Shown in pieces: positions 37,403-46,392 of a DNA stretch of 64,000 nt (positions are counted from its first letter, which is position 1; every line of letters starts with the position of its first letter). Under the pieces are notes generated by a model. The model saw only the letters and a list, made by a program, of their open reading frames with translations. It was not told the origin of the DNA and did no database searches. Both the position numbers and the translations under genes were made by a program. Source of the stretch: an uncultured Rhodospirillaceae bacterium. Lineage in GTDB: Bacteria; Pseudomonadota; Alphaproteobacteria; GCA-2731375. The stretch is taken from positions 27,625 to 91,624 of the forward strand of contig CAYFPL010000013.1 of the NCBI GenBank assembly GCA_964344935.1, written 5' to 3'.

Positions 37403-37849
37403 CTAATCATACGATGGGGAAATGGGTCCAGCGTGGAATTCGGATTCATCAATGGCGTATTGCACGCCGACAAAGTTGTCGATCTCTCCGTTATCGGAGA
37501 CGATTGGACGTATGCTGAGGCGATTAAGGAAAGGCGTGCCGTCCTTCTTGTAGTTCAGGATGTCGACGGTGATCGCCTTGCCGCTCTCAATGGCTGTGCG
37601 GATCGCGCCGACAGTGGCGGGATCGGTGTCCTCGCCCTGAAGGAACCGACAGTTCCGACCCAGAATTTCATCGCGGCTGTAGCCCGTCAAATCGACGAAG
37701 GCGTCGTTCGCGAAAACGATTGGGTTGTCCGTTTGTCGCGGGTCGGTGATGAGAAACGACCTTTGGCGCTCCTCTTCGGTGATCCGTTCGTAGGCTTCAT
37801 CAAGAGACATCATCGGAACCGCACCCAGGGCAATTGGATAATGAAGCAA
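37403..37849 (-). CDS. Short LOV-domain (PAS) blue-light photoreceptor protein
   Basis: The GRNCRFLQG flavin-adduct cysteine motif is diagnostic of LOV domains. No effector domain is present. Confidence 0.8.
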   Translation of the reverse strand: MLHYPIALGAVPMMSLDEAYERITEEERQRSFLITDPRQTDNPIVFANDAFVDLTGYSRDEILGRNCRFLQGEDTDPATVGAIRTAIESGKAITVDILNYKKDGTPFLNRLSIRPIVSDNGEIDNFVGVQYAIDESEFHAGPISPSYD

Positions 37850-37978
37850 ACGCCAAACACAACGCCATGTACTTAAGATTGCCCATTCTTTCCCGATTGT
37901 CCACGCTGGCGCGCCGGGCTTTGCCCCATAACTTCAAACATGAATTTGTCTAATGGTGATATCGTCGGAGCCTAACCC

Positions 37979-38773
37979 ATGGCCCCGCACGAGCAGGCGC
38001 GAATGAGGCAAGCAATGCAGGAAGATCAGGTTCGCATAATCGGCAGTCCCATCTCGCCCTATGTACGCAAGGTCCTGGCAGCTTGCGAACTGAAAGGCAT
38101 CGCGGTGGAGATCGATCCCATCGTGCCGTTTTTCGGTGACGATCGGTTCACGGAAATGAGCCCGTTGCGGCGGATTCCCGTTTTTGTGGATGGCGATGTC
38201 ACGTTGAGTGATTCCTCCGTGATTTGCCAATACATTGAAGACCGTTGGCCGGCAAATAGGCTTTACCCGGAAGACATTGCACAACGGGCCCGGGCCCGCT
38301 GGCTGGAGGAATATGCCGACACGCGGATCGGCGATGTCTTCATCTGGCGGCTCTTCAACAACGCCGTTATTTCACCTTCGGTGTTCGGCACAAAGCGGGA
38401 CGATGAATTGCGCAGCCATGCCATGGCGCACGAGGTCCCCCAAATCATGGACTACCTTGAGGCGGAGATGCCATCGGAAGGCTTCCTCTGCGGCGACCTG
38501 GGCATCGCCGATTTTGCCGTGGCGCCGTTCTTCGAGAACTTGACCTGGGCCCGTTGCGAGCCCGATTGGAAGCGTTGGCCGCGCACCGCCGCATGGCGCA
38601 CGCGCACGCTTGAGGCCAGCGCACTAGGACCGTTGGCATCCATCGGCGCGGAACTGGCACGCACACCCATCCCCCATCATCGTGACAAGCTGGCCAGCCT
38701 GGATATGCCGTTGACGGAAGACACCCTCATGGTTGCAACACCGCGCCGTGGCCCCATGACCGTCGCCATTTGA
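37979..38773 (+). CDS. Glutathione S-transferase family protein
   Basis: N-terminal thioredoxin-like SPISPYVRKV and RIPVFVDGDVTLSDSSVICQYI. C-terminal GST helices. Confidence 0.7.
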   Translation: MAPHEQARMRQAMQEDQVRIIGSPISPYVRKVLAACELKGIAVEIDPIVPFFGDDRFTEMSPLRRIPVFVDGDVTLSDSSVICQYIEDRWPANRLYPEDIAQRARARWLEEYADTRIGDVFIWRLFNNAVISPSVFGTKRDDELRSHAMAHEVPQIMDYLEAEMPSEGFLCGDLGIADFAVAPFFENLTWARCEPDWKRWPRTAAWRTRTLEASALGPLASIGAELARTPIPHHRDKLASLDMPLTEDTLMVATPRRGPMTVAI

Positions 38774-38849
38774 TTTTGTGCGGAAAGAGACGCTGCCTTC
38801 TCCTGATCTTGAATGGATTTGCCGGGGAGCGATCGCTAATATTCATGCC

Positions 38850-40643
38850 ATGACTGACGGCACCAAACGCAAGCTGGCGGCGATCGTAAGCGCCGACGTG
38901 TCCGGTTATTCGCGCATGATGCAAGTTGACGAAGCCGGCACGCACCGCCGTCTCAAGGCCCGCTACGACGAGCTTGTCGCTCCGCAAATCGAACAGAAGG
39001 GCGGCCGCATCGTCAAGCTCATGGGCGACGGTTTGCTGGCCGAATTTCCCAGCGTGGTCAGCGCCGCGGAATGCGCATTGGAAGTTCAAATCGCCGCAGC
39101 CGCCGCCGATGCGAATGTAGATCCAGGGCGGCGCATCGAATACCGCATCGGTATCCACCTCGGCGACGTGATCGTTGATGGCGACGATATCTATGGCGAT
39201 GGCGTCAATCTGGCCGCCCGCTTGCAGGAATCCGGGGATGTGGGCGGCATCTCCCTGTCCGACGATGCTTATCGTCAGGTGCGCGGCAAGGTTGATGCTG
39301 CGTTCGTCGATGGCGGCGCGGTGTCTCTCAAGAACATCTCCGGCGATGTCCGCGTCTGGCGCTGGACGCTCGGATATGATGACGAGTCACTTCGTGGCGA
39401 GGGCATCGAAGCGGCGATTGGACCAGCGGCAACCCAGCCTCTTGCCGATAAACCTTCCCTCGCCGTGCTGCCCTTTGACAACCTTTCCGGTGATCCGGAA
39501 CAGGAATATTTCGCAGACGGGATGACGGAAGATATCATTACCGGCCTGTCTCGGTTTCGGTCGTTGTACGTGATCGCCCGCAACTCCACCTTTGCCTACA
39601 AGGGAAATTCGCCGGACGTTCGCCAGGTCGCCCGCGACTTAGGTGTTCGTTATATTCTCGAAGGCAGCGTTCGCCGGGGTGGCCAACGCATTCGCATCAA
39701 TGCGCAACTTATCGATGCCGAGGCCGGTGGTCACCAATGGGCCGAGCGTTATGATCGGGAGTTGGCCGACATATTCGCGGTTCAAGACGAGGTTACGGAA
39801 GCGATCATCGCCGCCATCGCGCCCGAAATCGACCAGGCGGAGCGCAACCGCGCACAACGCAAGCCGCCGGAAAGCTTGGATGCCTGGAGTCTGTACCAAC
39901 GTGGTCTTGCCGCCTATCACGCAACGACCAAGGACGGCTTCGAAACCGCGATCCAATTGTTCGACAGGGTTAACGACCTTGATCCCGGCTTCGCGCCGGC
40001 CTTCGCCATGGGCGCCGATGCCCGTACGCGCCTGACCATCCATTACATGCCCGGCGATACATCGCTGCTGCGCCAGGCCCAGGACAAGGCCGGCGTGGCG
40101 ACGACCCTTGATGCAAACGACGCGGATTGCTTATGGGTCGACGGGAAAGTGCAAAGCTTCCTAGGCTATCACGACGCCGCGGTCGCTAGGGGACAGGAGG
40201 CCATCACCCTCAATCCGAATTCCGCCATGGCGCATCAGGCCTTTGGTCTGATCCTGCAACGTGCGGGCCGCTCCGACGAAGCCATACGCCATATCACCCA
40301 GGCCATAGATCTAAGCCCTCGCGATTTGTTCTTGCCCGGCTTCTTGGCGCTCGGATCAAAGGCCTTGTATGACATCGGCCGCTTTCAGGATGCACTGAAT
40401 TGGGCGGGCCGCGCCAACCGTAGTCGCAATCCGCGGCCGCTGTCGTTTATCGTCGCCGCCGCCGCGTTGAGCGAACTTGGCGATCGGGATGCGGCGGTGG
40501 CTGTAGTTGCCGAGATGCTTGATCTCACGGGCCTCAAATCGGCACCGGAGCTTCGTGAGCTTCTGTTTTGGAACTGCCCCATGAGCCAAGAACGGAACGA
40601 ACAAACCATGGAGGCGTTGCGTCAGGCTGGCTTGCCAGACTAG
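38850..40643 (+). CDS. Cyclase-TolB-like-TPR paralog 4
   Basis: RKLAAIVSADVSGYSRMMQVDEAGT...VLPFDNLSGDPEQEYFADG plus the TPR tail. The start was set at the ATG at 38850. Confidence 0.8.
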   Translation: MTDGTKRKLAAIVSADVSGYSRMMQVDEAGTHRRLKARYDELVAPQIEQKGGRIVKLMGDGLLAEFPSVVSAAECALEVQIAAAAADANVDPGRRIEYRIGIHLGDVIVDGDDIYGDGVNLAARLQESGDVGGISLSDDAYRQVRGKVDAAFVDGGAVSLKNISGDVRVWRWTLGYDDESLRGEGIEAAIGPAATQPLADKPSLAVLPFDNLSGDPEQEYFADGMTEDIITGLSRFRSLYVIARNSTFAYKGNSPDVRQVARDLGVRYILEGSVRRGGQRIRINAQLIDAEAGGHQWAERYDRELADIFAVQDEVTEAIIAAIAPEIDQAERNRAQRKPPESLDAWSLYQRGLAAYHATTKDGFETAIQLFDRVNDLDPGFAPAFAMGADARTRLTIHYMPGDTSLLRQAQDKAGVATTLDANDADCLWVDGKVQSFLGYHDAAVARGQEAITLNPNSAMAHQAFGLILQRAGRSDEAIRHITQAIDLSPRDLFLPGFLALGSKALYDIGRFQDALNWAGRANRSRNPRPLSFIVAAAALSELGDRDAAVAVVAEMLDLTGLKSAPELRELLFWNCPMSQERNEQTMEALRQAGLPD

Positions 40644-40687
40644 CGGCGCCTTTCTGCAAGAGACGGTCCGGTCTGCTTCAACGAGTT

Positions 40688-41194
40688 ATGCCAACGGGGA
40701 TGCCGATGGATTGGAATGATGACCCGGCTTTGCCATCGCCGACGAAACGCATGCTGCTTTCCTGTTTCGGACTGACCGCGATGCTGCCGCTGCCCGGCCT
40801 GGCCCAGGCATCGAGTCTGGAGCGCCTGGTGGCGGCACCGATCCGGCAGCCGGCTGAAGGCACGGCGGCGGCCTATATCGCCCGCGCCTTCGAGATGCGC
40901 CAACTGGCCGTGGCGCACGGAGATCAGGCCTATGGGGCGGTCGTGGTCCGGGATGGCCGCATCATCGGGCAGTCGTGGAGCCGGGTGGTCATAGACAACG
41001 ATCCCACGGGCCACGCGGAAATGTCGGCGATCCGCGATGCCGCCCGGCGCAGCCACGGCGCCTTGGCCGGCGCGCAACTCTATTCCACCAGCATACCCTG
41101 CTCCATGTGTCAGGGTGCTGCCGCCTGGGTCGGCATCGCCGGTATGAGATATGGCCGTAACGGCACGGATGCCGGCCCGCCGCGTTCTTGTTGA
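40688..41194 (+). CDS. CDA-fold nucleoside/nucleotide deaminase (TadA/GuaD-like) with predicted N-terminal signal peptide
   Basis: HAEMSAIRDA and PCSMCQGA zinc-binding motifs. N-terminal TKRMLLSCFGLTAMLPLPGLAQA|S. The start is uncertain and overlaps the end of the preceding gene. Confidence 0.6.
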   Translation: MPTGMPMDWNDDPALPSPTKRMLLSCFGLTAMLPLPGLAQASSLERLVAAPIRQPAEGTAAAYIARAFEMRQLAVAHGDQAYGAVVVRDGRIIGQSWSRVVIDNDPTGHAEMSAIRDAARRSHGALAGAQLYSTSIPCSMCQGAAAWVGIAGMRYGRNGTDAGPPRSC

Positions 41195-41225
41195 TACTGG
41201 TGGGGAAACGCCTGCGAACGATATT

Positions 41226-42503
41226 CTAGGCTGCGGCGAGATGCACGCAGTTGCGGCCGCCGGCCTTGGCGAGATAAAGCGCCTCGTCTGCCCGATGTAA
41301 GGCAGCATCGATCGAATTGTCCGATTTCAGCCAGCTTGCGGCCCCGAAGCTGGCCGTGGCCGTGATCGTCTCGCCGGCATGGACGATTTGTGAAGCCGCC
41401 AGGGCCTCTCGCAGCCGCTCCGCCACTTGCACCGCCTCGTCGCAGCCGGTTTCCGGCATCAGGATGCCGAATTCCTCTCCGCCCAACCGGCCGAAACAGT
41501 CGAGGTTTTCCCGCAACTGGCCGCGGCCGATATCGGCAAAATGTTTTAACACTTCGTCTCCAGCCGCATGGCCCCAGCGATCATTGATGGACTTGAAATG
41601 ATCAAGGTCGCAAAGCACGAGGCTCATTTGACGGTTGTAACGCCGGTTGCGGGCAATTTCGATCTCGGCGACTTCGAGGAAGTGCCGCCGGTTGCTGAGG
41701 CCCGTCAGCGGGTCGGACAGGGCCATATGCGTCAACTCGGCTTCGAGTGATTTGCGCTCACTGATATCAAAACTGATACTGGCATAGCCGATCACCTCGC
41801 CGAAACGGTTGCGAAGGGGCGAAACGCGCAGATCAACATCGATGACCGTGCCGTCCTTGTGAACGCGCTGGGTTTCCCGCAAATGCGGTTTGCCGGTTGC
41901 CAAGATCGTTTGAGCCGCCTTGCCAACGGTGTTTCGCAAGTCGGCGGGTGCGAGAATTGTGTTGGGCTGGCCGATCAACTCGTCTTCCGAATAGCCATAA
42001 AGGACTTCTGCCGCCGGGTTGCAGCCTTGAATGACCAGATCGCGGTTCACAATAATGACCGCCACCGAAGTCGTTTCCAGGATTCGCCCGGAATCACGGG
42101 CAACTTGTTCGACGCGCCGTAGTTCGGTGACATCGATACCCGTCATAACACAGACCCTATTTCCTTCACCGCCACCCTGGCCACGAACGCCAGCGAACGA
42201 CCATGCCACGTTCGTGGCGGCGTCATCGGGCGATGAAATGCAGGTTTCAAGTGTTTCGTGCGGCTCGCAGGCGAATGCAGCCTCAATACCTGCTGACAGG
42301 CTGCGTCGGTATTCGTCAGAGAACAGTTCTGCGATGGGACGGCCCAGGGCGCCGTTCCTAGGGCGAGCGAAAATCTTCACCGCCGCGTCGTTAAAGGCGA
42401 TGATGTTCGTACTTTCGTCGACGGCGACAATACAGGTGCCTATCGCCTCGAAAATTTCTGCGACCGAGTCTTCCTTCATCGCGATACTCGCCGCCTGGTT
42501 CAT
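41226..42503 (-). CDS. PAS-PAS-GGDEF diguanylate cyclase
   Basis: GGEEF active-site motif (RLGGEEFGIL) and two PAS-like N-terminal modules. Confidence 0.85.
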   Translation of the reverse strand: MNQAASIAMKEDSVAEIFEAIGTCIVAVDESTNIIAFNDAAVKIFARPRNGALGRPIAELFSDEYRRSLSAGIEAAFACEPHETLETCISSPDDAATNVAWSFAGVRGQGGGEGNRVCVMTGIDVTELRRVEQVARDSGRILETTSVAVIIVNRDLVIQGCNPAAEVLYGYSEDELIGQPNTILAPADLRNTVGKAAQTILATGKPHLRETQRVHKDGTVIDVDLRVSPLRNRFGEVIGYASISFDISERKSLEAELTHMALSDPLTGLSNRRHFLEVAEIEIARNRRYNRQMSLVLCDLDHFKSINDRWGHAAGDEVLKHFADIGRGQLRENLDCFGRLGGEEFGILMPETGCDEAVQVAERLREALAASQIVHAGETITATASFGAASWLKSDNSIDAALHRADEALYLAKAGGRNCVHLAAA

Positions 42504-42578
42504 CTACTGCGGCAAATCGTAGTCAAATTATGTAAAGAAAATATTCACAGGCTTGGCCGGGAAAGGAGAGTAAAGACC

Positions 42579-42887
42579 ATGAAAAACATACCCTTGAACG
42601 TTGCGGCCGTCGTTCGGGCTGCCGTCGTCGGCATTCCGATTGCACTTTCCGGCCCGGCGATGGCCGATGGCGTTGACCGGGGGCAGTTCCGCGCCCTCGA
42701 AACACGGGTCAAGCAGCTGGAGCGCCACGTCCGCAGCCTGGATCGAAAGGCGGTCAGGGGCCGGGGCACCGGCGTACTGGCCGACGAGATCAACCGGCTG
42801 GCCCAGCAGAATGCCGCCCTGTGGAACAAGATCGCCGAACTGGAAGCACAGCTCAAAGTTCTGCGGTCCGAACTGCATTCCCATTAG
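42579..42887 (+). CDS. Small exported coiled-coil protein (102 aa)
   Basis: Signal peptide MKNIPLNVAAVVRAAVVGIPIALSGPAMA, then heptad-like LETRVKQLERHVRSLD...LEAQLKVLRSEL. Its 3' 165 nt are duplicated at 46393-46560. Confidence 0.45.
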   Translation: MKNIPLNVAAVVRAAVVGIPIALSGPAMADGVDRGQFRALETRVKQLERHVRSLDRKAVRGRGTGVLADEINRLAQQNAALWNKIAELEAQLKVLRSELHSH

Positions 42888-42890
42888 AAG
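42724..42890 (+). repeat. DR-left: 3' end of the coiled-coil gene, one copy of a ~165-bp direct repeat
   Basis: Aligns with 46393-46560 at roughly 80% identity, ending at the shared cattcccattag. Confidence 0.8.
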
Positions 42891-42914
42891 ACGTAAGGTC
42901 TCCTAATCCTCGAG

Positions 42915-43664
42915 CTAATGCCAAGTGCGGATGATCCGTGTGAACAGGGCGACAATAGCCAACGAAAACACAAGCGTGGGTCCCGTGGGCAGGTCCGCGA
43001 TCATTGACATTCCCAGGCCCAGGATGATGCCGGTCATTGCCAACGCGATGGCCCAGACGGGACGAGCCGGTTGCATTTCGTTCACGGCCAGGGCCGGCAG
43101 GATTAAACTGGCAAAGACCACGTAAACCCCGACGAGTTGCACGGAAGCGGTGACGATAATGCCAAACAGCAGGAAGAACGCGAGACCGTGTCGGACAAGT
43201 GGCACCAGGAACCACAACAACGTCCCGACAAGGTAGACGGGGGCAAAGGACAACACCGTCCGCCAATCCGCGAACAGGACTTGCCCTACCAGGACATGTT
43301 GGATTTCCTCGCCCCCATGCGGTTGGTCTGCGAGTACGAGCAACATGGCGGAAGCGGCGACGATGAAAGTGGCGCCGATCACCGCTTCCTGTTCCCGCGG
43401 CATCGCCTTTTCGACCCATCGGAAATAGAGTGCCGCGCAAACGGCCGAGAACAGGGCGGCCAACTGAACCACCGCCCACGGTGGTTCGTGCAATAAGAGG
43501 TTCGCCAGCACGACATAGAGGCCGGCAATTTGCGCAATGGCAAGATCGATGAAGACGATGCCACGGCGCAGGACCTCCATGCCCAAAGGCGCGTGCAACA
43601 CAGCAATCATGAGCCCGACCGCGAGCGCCGGGCCCATGATCTCGATGTAATTATTGCCTGGCAT
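42915..43664 (-). CDS. znuB: Metal (Zn/Mn) ABC transporter permease, ABC-3/ZnuB family
   Basis: Polytopic membrane protein with the ABC-3 family pattern (GIVFIDLAIAQIAGL...). The start was moved to MPGNNYIEIMGP. Confidence 0.7.
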   Translation of the reverse strand: MPGNNYIEIMGPALAVGLMIAVLHAPLGMEVLRRGIVFIDLAIAQIAGLYVVLANLLLHEPPWAVVQLAALFSAVCAALYFRWVEKAMPREQEAVIGATFIVAASAMLLVLADQPHGGEEIQHVLVGQVLFADWRTVLSFAPVYLVGTLLWFLVPLVRHGLAFFLLFGIIVTASVQLVGVYVVFASLILPALAVNEMQPARPVWAIALAMTGIILGLGMSMIADLPTGPTLVFSLAIVALFTRIIRTWH

Positions 43665-44577
43665 GCGAGACGGACTGGACGGTAACGAGCTGATTGATGA
43701 TCTCGTCAAACATAGTCCGCAACGCGCCTGGGGCGGCATCTTTGGTGACCGTGTAGGGCGGCACCAACACGGCGATGCCCGTCTTGTCCGACAACCATTT
43801 TGCCGCGTCCGGGGGATCATAGGGAGTCCGCAAGATCGCTGCGGCAGGTCGCGATTTCATCGAGCTCAACAGTCTATTCAGATGTGCCGGTGTCGGGGGA
43901 ATGCCGGGCCTCGCTTCCAGGGTGGCGACCTCATTCAATCCCAGCCAATTGACAAGGTAGGACCAGGTCTTGTGGTGCACGACGACCGGCATGCCTTTCA
44001 ACGGTCTCGCCTTCGCCCGCCAATCCGACAACGCCTCTTGCCAGCTTCGTATGAAGCGATCGGCGCCCTTGCGATAGGTGCTTGCGTTTGCACTGTCGAT
44101 GCGGCTTAGACGTTCGGCGACTTCCCTCGCCAAAGGGGCAATGTTTCGCGCGTCGAGATGGACATGCGGATTGCCTTCGGGATGGATATCGCCGAGGCTG
44201 CGATCCACAACCCTGGGCTTTTCCAACACGGTTACGTGGTCGACCGCCATAAGATAGCCGGATTGGCCGGGCTGAACGCGCGCCGGGGCGCCGCGTTGCA
44301 GAAGGATGGGCAGCCAACCGATCTCCAGACCACCGCCTGAACAGAAGAGCAAGTCGGCTTGCCGTATGCGGGCAATCAGGCTCGGTCGCGCCCGAATGTA
44401 GTGGGGATCCTGACGGTCACTGGTAGCGGAGAACACGGATACCTTATCGCCGCCCACTTCACGGGCCAATGCCGCCCATTCCGGTTCGCAGGCAAAGACC
44501 TTCACGTCGGCTGCGGCCGGGGTGGGCAAAACCCACCCCGGTGCAATCAACAGGAACAATAGGAACACGCCCCTCAT
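43651..44577 (-). CDS. znuA: Metal ABC transporter substrate-binding protein, ZnuA/TroA family
   Basis: Signal peptide, DIHPEGNPHVHLD metal-coordinating His cluster and two-lobed TroA-like pattern. Confidence 0.7.
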   Translation of the reverse strand: MRGVFLLFLLIAPGWVLPTPAAADVKVFACEPEWAALAREVGGDKVSVFSATSDRQDPHYIRARPSLIARIRQADLLFCSGGGLEIGWLPILLQRGAPARVQPGQSGYLMAVDHVTVLEKPRVVDRSLGDIHPEGNPHVHLDARNIAPLAREVAERLSRIDSANASTYRKGADRFIRSWQEALSDWRAKARPLKGMPVVVHHKTWSYLVNWLGLNEVATLEARPGIPPTPAHLNRLLSSMKSRPAAAILRTPYDPPDAAKWLSDKTGIAVLVPPYTVTKDAAPGALRTMFDEIINQLVTVQSVSHARQ

Positions 44578-44587
44578 AATGCGCTGC

Positions 44588-45916
44588 TCAAAAGGCATGG
44601 GCACCATGGGCGCCGATGCTCATGACGTATTGCAGGATAAGCTGATTATCATCAGCGCCGGAGGATAGCTCCTCCCTGTTATACTGCAGACGAATGCGGC
44701 CGAACTCGCTGCTCGTCCAATCGCCCATGACCGAAATGGTATGCGGATCGTGGCCGGCCGGATCGAGGGCACTGCCCACCAGACCTGCCGGTGCGGCTTC
44801 CGAATCCATCTGGGAATAGCGTGCGCCAATGCGCCAACTGGGGGCAAATTTGTAGACGCCTTGCACGTACCAGCCTCGTGTCGTGTCATCGACGGTGACC
44901 CGACCGGTGCCTGCGTCTGCATCCTCATAGGTGCCATCCTCATTACGCTGGAATAGCTCGGCCTGCAAAATCAGTTCGCTCTGTTTTGCATCCCCCGTCG
45001 GTGCCATCGTATAACGCAAATCAGCGGCATAGAGGCGCGATTCGCCAATGAACGTCACCATGTCTTCGTTGGACTTGCGATCCGTGGCATCGCTGTCCAG
45101 ATAATAGCCGCCTATGCGCCAGCTTTGATTGTCGCCGATATCACCGCCAATTCGCGCGAATGCCGACCAGGCACCCAAGCCGCGAACCGAGCCGCCGGCG
45201 GGGAAATCCTCGGCCCGGAAGGCGCCACCGCCGAACTCGGTATAGAGATCCGTCGGCAATACGTACGACAATTCCACGCCGTCGTCGTTGAACGCCTTGT
45301 TGAGATAGACCCTGTAGGGCAACGGCCGATCGGCGAAGTCGTCCGCATGGGCGTGATGCTCGTTCAAATATCCCAATGTCCAGAACTTGCGCCCGAAGGT
45401 CGCGCGGGCGCCCTCAGGCAACCCGACGCCGGGTAGGGTCTGGGCGTAGGCCTCTTCAAGCTCGACCTTGTCTTCGCCGTCCTCGCGGACGATCGCCGCC
45501 GTCAGGCTGCCGAAAAACTTATCGTCCACATTGGCCGAGAAGTTGAGCTCGGATTCATCGATCGCCAAGCCCTCCCGGCCGCGCTCGCCTTCTTCGCCAA
45601 CGCCAAAGCCGGCGATTTCCGAGGCGTTGCGCGAGAACGACGAAGCCTTGCCGTTCAGGATAACCCCGATAGCTGGATTAAAGCTGTTGCCGAATATGGC
45701 TCTTTTACCGGAAGCAGGCGCGGACGCCGCCTCGGTCTGCTTTGCATCACCCATGGTTTTGAGTTTTGCTTCAAGTTGAGAGATCCGCGCCTCGTAGTCT
45801 TTCTTGAGGGCCTGGATCTCCTTAAGGATCGCCTCTGTGTCCTGTGCGTAAACAGGGGTGGCGTGCCAAGCGGACACGGCCAAAGCCGCCGCCAGGCAGC
45901 GAATTAGCTTCTTCAT
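44588..45916 (-). CDS. Outer-membrane porin-like beta-barrel protein (signal peptide, N-terminal coiled-coil, C-terminal Phe)
   Basis: MKKLIRCLAAALAVSAWHATPVYAQD signal peptide, alternating beta-strand pattern, and a terminal ...GAHAF. Confidence 0.5.
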   Translation of the reverse strand: MKKLIRCLAAALAVSAWHATPVYAQDTEAILKEIQALKKDYEARISQLEAKLKTMGDAKQTEAASAPASGKRAIFGNSFNPAIGVILNGKASSFSRNASEIAGFGVGEEGERGREGLAIDESELNFSANVDDKFFGSLTAAIVREDGEDKVELEEAYAQTLPGVGLPEGARATFGRKFWTLGYLNEHHAHADDFADRPLPYRVYLNKAFNDDGVELSYVLPTDLYTEFGGGAFRAEDFPAGGSVRGLGAWSAFARIGGDIGDNQSWRIGGYYLDSDATDRKSNEDMVTFIGESRLYAADLRYTMAPTGDAKQSELILQAELFQRNEDGTYEDADAGTGRVTVDDTTRGWYVQGVYKFAPSWRIGARYSQMDSEAAPAGLVGSALDPAGHDPHTISVMGDWTSSEFGRIRLQYNREELSSGADDNQLILQYVMSIGAHGAHAF

Positions 45917-45964
45917 CGTATGTCTCCTGATTTAATAGGTTTGCCGCCACGATGGCGGAAATGC

Positions 45965-46285
45965 TCAAGTCAGGAGGGTTGGCGGGCCGCGAATACATCG
46001 CCGATCACCGACGGCGCGGCCCGTGAGACATACGTGCGTTGGGTTGCATAAAGTGACCCTGACAAGGCGCGGCGCCCCAATTGCCGCGAGAGTAGGCGGG
46101 CTCAGTTCCTTTGCCGCCTCGGCGAGAAACTGAATGGCACAAGGGGTGCCATCATGTTCGTGGGGATCCGCGCCGAATTCCGCTGCATGCACGGTTGCAT
46201 GCACTTGGCCGAGCAGGAAAAGCAGCGCCACGAACCATCGCCAGCGCACCTGCCGTCGGTCACCGCTGCGGCGATGGCTATACAT
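45965..46285 (-). CDS. Small hypothetical exported His/Asp-containing protein
   Basis: MYSHRRSGDRRQVRWRWFVALLFLLGQVHATVHA|AEFGADPHEHDG. Weak call; it is the first gene downstream of the Zur-box-like palindrome. Confidence 0.25.
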   Translation of the reverse strand: MYSHRRSGDRRQVRWRWFVALLFLLGQVHATVHAAEFGADPHEHDGTPCAIQFLAEAAKELSPPTLAAIGAPRLVRVTLCNPTHVCLTGRAVGDRRCIRGPPTLLT

Positions 46286-46326
46286 CCGCTTTCTGCCGTC
46301 CCCGATTTCGTAGTTAATCAGTTTTG

Positions 46327-46342
46327 TTATGTTATAACATAA
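46327..46342. promoter_or_regulatory. Perfect 16-bp palindrome TTATGTTATAACATAA, a Zur-box-like operator candidate
   Basis: Read directly, about 45 bp upstream of the leftward operon. The ATGTTATAACAT core resembles Zur-box operators of proteobacterial znu operons. Confidence 0.45.
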
Positions 46343-46392
46343 GTTTTTGTTGCGATGTCCAGTGCATTCTCGGGCAGGAATCGTCATCGGAG

